A stretch of 64,000 bases of DNA from Leptonemataceae bacterium (GTDB taxonomy: Bacteria; Spirochaetota; Leptospiria; Leptospirales; Leptonemataceae), in assembly GCA_965227295.1 (NCBI GenBank), contig OZ245742.1, positions 4,320,001 to 4,384,000 on the forward strand, given 5' to 3'. The position numbers were made by a program, and so were the translations under genes. Below the pieces are notes generated by a model, which made no database searches, was not told the origin of the DNA, and worked only from the letters and a program-made list of their open reading frames with translations. Each line of letters opens with the position of its first letter. The stretch's first letter is position 1. Below, piece after piece: positions 56,844 to 64,000 of this stretch.

Positions 56844-58325
56844 TCAGGCCAGGAGCCGCTCAAGGAATTGTCCGGCCGTTTCTCCGCCGTACTCTTCAAT
56901 TTCGGTCCCGGGATCAAGCGTCTTGAGGAGGTCCATCGCAAGTCTTCGCTGCCGTTCCGAGCGTTCCCGTTCCCCGTCCAGGTCGTAGAGGGACGCGAGT
57001 TCCAGGTACGCCGGGGCGTACTCCGGGTCCAGGTACAGCGCGCGCCGGAGCAGTTCCTCGGCGCGCTGGCGATCCCCCTGCTCCTCCGCAATGCGGGAGA
57101 GCCAGAAGTACGGCTGCGGTCGGAACGGGCTCGCCTTGATGGAGTCGTTCAGGATCATCGCGGCGCGGTCGTGGTCGCCGCGATCGGCGTGAGCCCGGGC
57201 CAGGAGATCAGCCGCTTCGGCGTCGTCGGGATGATCGGCCAGATAGGCGACGAGGCCTTCCAGGGCCGCCTGAGTATCTCCAGTCCGTACAATGCGACGC
57301 AGCTCACTCAGGTCCGCGGCCGGCGCCGATTCCTCCGCCGACGGGCGCCGGGCAATCGCGGGAGATTCCGGTGGCGGCGGACGCGGCGCATTCACCGGCG
57401 ATGGAGTGTAGGAACTCGTACGCTTCGTGCGCGGCGATGCCCCCGCGAGACCGGCAGGCCCCAGGTTGAACAGCGCGCCCCGGGAACTCACCCGGGGCGG
57501 CGCATCATCCTGCCCCTTCTGAAAAACAATGCTCTCCGGAAATACGCGAACGGACAGACCCTTCGGCCGGCTCCCGGATAGTTCGCCGTGGCCGGTGAGA
57601 AGAAAACCTTCATCCCGCAGACAGCGCTGCATCTTCTCCGCCACCGCGGCGATGACGTCGTAGCGCATATAAATGAAGACATTGCGACAGACGATCAAAT
57701 CAAAATCGCGAATGTTGCCGGCGGGGTAATCGTCGCTGTGCAGATTTTGCAGCTCGAACGAGACCAGCGCGCGAATGTCCGGTCGCACCCGGAAGGCCGG
57801 GCCGTCGGCCTCGAAAAATTCGCGGCGATCGTGCTCCTGCACCTGGCGGAACGACCACTTGTTATAGAGCCCGCGCCGCGCATGCGCCAGGGCCTCCGGG
57901 TTCGAATCGGTCCCCAGGATCGTGATCTTCCAGCCGCTTTGATTCGGCAGCACGCGGGTAAGCAGCGCGGCGATGGAGTACGGCTCTTCCCCGGTGCTGC
58001 ATCCCGCCGACCAGATGCGCAGTTCCCGGCCGGCGCCCCGGCGCTGAAGCAACTCCGGCAGGAGGACGTTTTCGATGAGCCGCATCTGCCCGCGGTCCCG
58101 AAAGAAGTAGGACTCGCCGGGAATGAGTTCTACGGCCAGGCGTTCCCATTCGTCGCCGGCGTGTGTTCCGCGAAGTTGTTGCAGATACTCGGTGAGTCCG
58201 GGGAGTCCGAGACTACGAGCGCGCCCGCGGACGACGTTTTCGAACTTGCCTTCGTCGCCGGAACGCAGGTAGATCCCGGTGCGCGCCGAGATGAGTTCCC
58301 GGAGTTGTTGGATTGCGTCGTCCAT
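56844..58325 (-). CDS. cheR: CheR methyltransferase with C-terminal TPR (WspC-like)
   Basis: ESYFFRD, IWSAGCSTGEEPYS, DLIVCRNVFIY; TPR LRRALYLDPEYAPAYLELA. Confidence 0.95.
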   Translation of the reverse strand: MDDAIQQLRELISARTGIYLRSGDEGKFENVVRGRARSLGLPGLTEYLQQLRGTHAGDEWERLAVELIPGESYFFRDRGQMRLIENVLLPELLQRRGAGRELRIWSAGCSTGEEPYSIAALLTRVLPNQSGWKITILGTDSNPEALAHARRGLYNKWSFRQVQEHDRREFFEADGPAFRVRPDIRALVSFELQNLHSDDYPAGNIRDFDLIVCRNVFIYMRYDVIAAVAEKMQRCLRDEGFLLTGHGELSGSRPKGLSVRVFPESIVFQKGQDDAPPRVSSRGALFNLGPAGLAGASPRTKRTSSYTPSPVNAPRPPPPESPAIARRPSAEESAPAADLSELRRIVRTGDTQAALEGLVAYLADHPDDAEAADLLARAHADRGDHDRAAMILNDSIKASPFRPQPYFWLSRIAEEQGDRQRAEELLRRALYLDPEYAPAYLELASLYDLDGERERSERQRRLAMDLLKTLDPGTEIEEYGGETAGQFLERLLA

Positions 58326-58372
58326 AAAATTCCTACAACGCAGATCCCAGGCTAACGCAAGAAGAAAAGCCC

Positions 58373-61276
<2,904 letters not shown>

Positions 61277-61398
61277 GATGTTCGTGGGATGCCGGTAAGA
61301 AAGTTACGGTGCCGATCGCCGTCAAGCAGCATGGCCGCGCAGTGCGCCGGGAAATTCAATTGACACATGCTTCGCGCCGTCGGGTCAATCAAGGGCTT

Positions 61399-62601
61399 AT
61401 GCGCCCACGATCCTGGAAGCCGCCGCTGCTCATCTACGCTTTCGTGGAACTGCTGCTCGTGGCCGCAGTCTTCGGCGGTTCGGCCGCCCTCCTGGACGAA
61501 CACCGCCGGGCCGACCTTCGCGATCATGCCGACGCGTATCTCCGGCAAAGCGGCGAGAACCAGGCCCGGGACCTGCATCACCTGGCAAGCATCCCCGCCG
61601 GTTTGCGCACGAACGCACTGGACGGTCGGCAGGATCGTTACGACCTCGCCCTGATTCTGGATGCGGAGAATCAAATATTGAACGGTTGGATCGACGCCGA
61701 GAACACGCCGGCCGGCGTACAAAAACTGCGCGAGTACTCGCTCGAACAGGACCTGCTCGCCCTCGCCCGCAAGTCCTGCACAAACGAAGAAACGGCCGGT
61801 TCGATCACGCAGATCACGACACGTTATCGTCTCGCAGTGCGTCTCCTGACGGTGGCTCCGCTGTGCAATCCGCCGGCTCGCGTGCGCCGGGGGACCGCGG
61901 CCGTGCTGTTGATCGGCCGGAGCTATGATCGCATCCTGACTGAGGCCGCGGACGTACTGGACCTGGAATCGTGGAGCGTCGATGTGCAACGGCCGCAGAA
62001 CGCGTTCGCTTACGTGAGCCGTGAGGGCTTTTACGAAACGCGCGAAGGTTCGGGGGATCGTCTGACGTACTTCGTTGCGATGGAGCCGGCGTTCCAGCTC
62101 GATCTCTACGTCGGCTCCGCCATGATCGCTTTTCTCGTCGTACGCTGGATTGCATTTGCGGTGGTGTTGGTCGTGCTTAAGAAACGGCGAGGAGCAGTTA
62201 CGAGTCGACCACCGCCGCAGTCGGACGTCATCATTGTAGAGGCGGCCGAAGCGGAGATGATTCTTTCCGCGGATCAGGCCGAGCCGGCGCCGCAAGCGGA
62301 GATGCCGGTGGTCGACGGCCCGCCGGAGGTGAATGTCGCACCGGAAGCCGGGGCCGCCCCCGAACCGGCGACGGCCCGCGAGTTGTATGCGGCGGGCAAA
62401 CTGGAGGAAGCCGCGAAGGCCTATCGCGCAATCCTCGCGGAGCAGCCCGAGTTTTACCCGGCGTTGTTCAACCTGGCTTTAATTCAGTATAAGTTAGACC
62501 GGCCCGACGCCGCGGCGGCGTACCTGACGTCGTATCTGGAAAAGTACCCTGCGAGTAAAAAAGGGAAGGCGCTACAAGACCGTTTGTACTCCGTCCATTA
62601 A
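61399..62601 (+). CDS. Hypothetical membrane protein (two TMs flanking an extracytoplasmic domain, C-terminal TPR)
   Basis: TM near the N-terminus, second TM MIAFLVV...VLVVL followed by KKRR, Pro/Ala/Glu linker, TPR ALFNLALIQYKL. Confidence 0.72.
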   Translation: MRPRSWKPPLLIYAFVELLLVAAVFGGSAALLDEHRRADLRDHADAYLRQSGENQARDLHHLASIPAGLRTNALDGRQDRYDLALILDAENQILNGWIDAENTPAGVQKLREYSLEQDLLALARKSCTNEETAGSITQITTRYRLAVRLLTVAPLCNPPARVRRGTAAVLLIGRSYDRILTEAADVLDLESWSVDVQRPQNAFAYVSREGFYETREGSGDRLTYFVAMEPAFQLDLYVGSAMIAFLVVRWIAFAVVLVVLKKRRGAVTSRPPPQSDVIIVEAAEAEMILSADQAEPAPQAEMPVVDGPPEVNVAPEAGAAPEPATARELYAAGKLEEAAKAYRAILAEQPEFYPALFNLALIQYKLDRPDAAAAYLTSYLEKYPASKKGKALQDRLYSVH

Positions 62602-62630
62602 TGCGGGCTCCAGGTCTTTCGGGGGAAACG

Positions 62631-63179
62631 ATGCCGAATACCGTACTCATCATTCACGGGGCCAGCAACCTCGCCCGCGACAACATCGCGCGCAAGTGGC
62701 CCCCCGTAATCAAGAGCGTCACCGGAGTGGATACGAACGTCCTGGTGCCGGGCATGCCCGCTCCCGAAAGTCCTGATCTATCCGCCTGGCTCGACTTCCT
62801 GACCAAGCGGGTAAGCGCGGTCCAAGGCCCGCTGCATCTCGTCGGCCATTCCTTTGGTGGGACCGTGGTTCTGAAGTTTCTCGCGGATTCGAATGCGCCG
62901 GTACGGAAAGCCCACATTGCGGCGGCGCCTTTCTGGTGCGGACGTGACCCGGCCTGGAACGTAAGTCCCTTCGCTTTATCACCGGAAGAGCTCGATGTTC
63001 TAAAACAGCGTGAGCTATCTTTTTATCACGGGACGGCGGATGACATTGTCCCGTGCTCGCACCTCGACGAATTTCGCGCAGCGCTGCCCGGCGCCCGCTT
63101 TCGATCCTATGCAGGTATGAATCACATCGATCCGTCGGAAAATTTTCTGAGAGATCTGAGTACCGACTTCGGCGCGTAG
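62631..63179 (+). CDS. RBBP9/YdeN-like alpha/beta hydrolase
   Basis: IIHG, VGHSFG nucleophile, ADDIVP, NHI. Confidence 0.85.
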   Translation: MPNTVLIIHGASNLARDNIARKWPPVIKSVTGVDTNVLVPGMPAPESPDLSAWLDFLTKRVSAVQGPLHLVGHSFGGTVVLKFLADSNAPVRKAHIAAAPFWCGRDPAWNVSPFALSPEELDVLKQRELSFYHGTADDIVPCSHLDEFRAALPGARFRSYAGMNHIDPSENFLRDLSTDFGA

Positions 63180-63191
63180 AGCGCGCAGCTT

Positions 63192-63581
63192 ATGCGAAGC
63201 TGGATGTATCTTCTACTGATTGTATCGGTCCTGCCCGGACATTGCGGGCCCCGGGACGATCCGTTACCGCATTTCTATATGGATGGAACAAATCCCGATG
63301 ATGAATCCGTTGGCATCGTCCTGGACCGTCCGGATACTCTCACGTGTTTCGAAAATGCCCTGGACGGCACGGTGCGTGAACAGGTGATCGTGGGCGACGG
63401 CCGCTGGTCGCGAGACGGGCTGCGCGTTTTCCTCGATGGCGCACCGGGCTGCCTGGCCTGGTTTCGAAAACTGGACTGCGACTACCGGCGCGAGGGCCGG
63501 TTGATTCCGGTGGATGTCCTCGATTGTCGCGACACGCGCGGCCGCAGGTGGCGGTTTTATCGAGACATTGTACGATTGTAG
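63192..63581 (+). CDS. Hypothetical exported protein/lipoprotein
   Basis: Hydrophobic N-terminus followed by Cys; co-oriented with the upstream genes. Confidence 0.5.
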   Translation: MRSWMYLLLIVSVLPGHCGPRDDPLPHFYMDGTNPDDESVGIVLDRPDTLTCFENALDGTVREQVIVGDGRWSRDGLRVFLDGAPGCLAWFRKLDCDYRREGRLIPVDVLDCRDTRGRRWRFYRDIVRL

Positions 63582-63652
63582 GATGGCCCCGGAACAACAA
63601 ATCATGGCGCCGGCCGCACGAAACCGAAAGTAAGTCGGAATTCTGGAATGAC

Positions 63653-64000
63653 TCAGCTCCGCCGCCTTTTCAGAATCCCCGTAACGACGCGTAACTCTTC
63701 CACGCGAAACGCCCAGGCACAACTGAAGTACACACCGCCGCCGCCCACGACGCCGAGGACCACAGCGACAATCGCCGCAAACCGCGGCGAGGCCTCCGCC
63801 CCGAAGAGCCCGGCAAACATTTCCACGAGCGCCGCACCGTTCGCGCTCTCGATAAACAACCGCACCACCACTATAAACACGACGAAGATCAACCACACCG
63901 GCACCAATCGTGCAATCGACGCACCCATACGCCGCAAGCTCAAGCGCAGATAGCGGCGGCGCAAAAACGTCATCAACAGGATCGTATTCAATCCCGAGGA
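63653..64000 (-). CDS. murJ: C-terminal part of a MurJ/MviN-like lipid II flippase (truncated by window edge)
   Basis: Frame open to the window end; SGLNTILLMTFLRRR...GGGVYF...FRVEEL ending typical of MurJ. Confidence 0.6.
   Translation of the reverse strand, partial: SSGLNTILLMTFLRRRYLRLSLRRMGASIARLVPVWLIFVVFIVVVRLFIESANGAALVEMFAGLFGAEASPRFAAIVAVVLGVVGGGGVYFSCAWAFRVEELRVVTGILKRRRS

Noticed and set aside
61277..61398. PafBC-like or LexA box upstream of uvrA
   Set aside because: The minus-strand TGTCAA near 61360 is not followed by TANNNT at 10-nt spacing, and no TTTG-N5-CAAA is present.

Overview
A high-GC bacterial chromosomal segment, most likely from a Leptospirales/Leptospiraceae spirochaete; this is inferred from a DUF1564-type gene, an LA_1396-type lipoprotein, a fliG paralogue and the general gene content. 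Most of it is housekeeping and envelope genes: mdh, ilvN, sppA, a pgsA-like gene, recA, argC, tRNA-Pro(GGG), an acyl-CoA dehydrogenase, uvrA and a partial murJ. It also holds an MlaC-MMPL-lipoprotein lipid-transport operon, a divergent persulfide-dioxygenase/SulP pair with a CsoR/CstR-like operator, and a complete Wsp-like chemosensory operon whose output is a REC-adenylate cyclase. No transposase, integrase, CRISPR array or rRNA was seen. The most interesting signals are non-coding. (1) Seven copies of a branched, covarying palindromic element with C-GNA-G triloops, six of them in tail-to-tail inverted pairs (REPIN-like). (2) A 28-bp promoter motif with the layout TGTCAC-N10-TANNNT, shared (24/28) by recA and a structured-RNA/patatin locus, resembling the actinobacterial LexA-independent PafBC DNA-damage promoter. 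(3) A TGTAGGAACTCCTACA-type palindrome found upstream of and inside the DUF1564 gene and again at a distant site. All calls were made by eye from motifs; no database searches were run.
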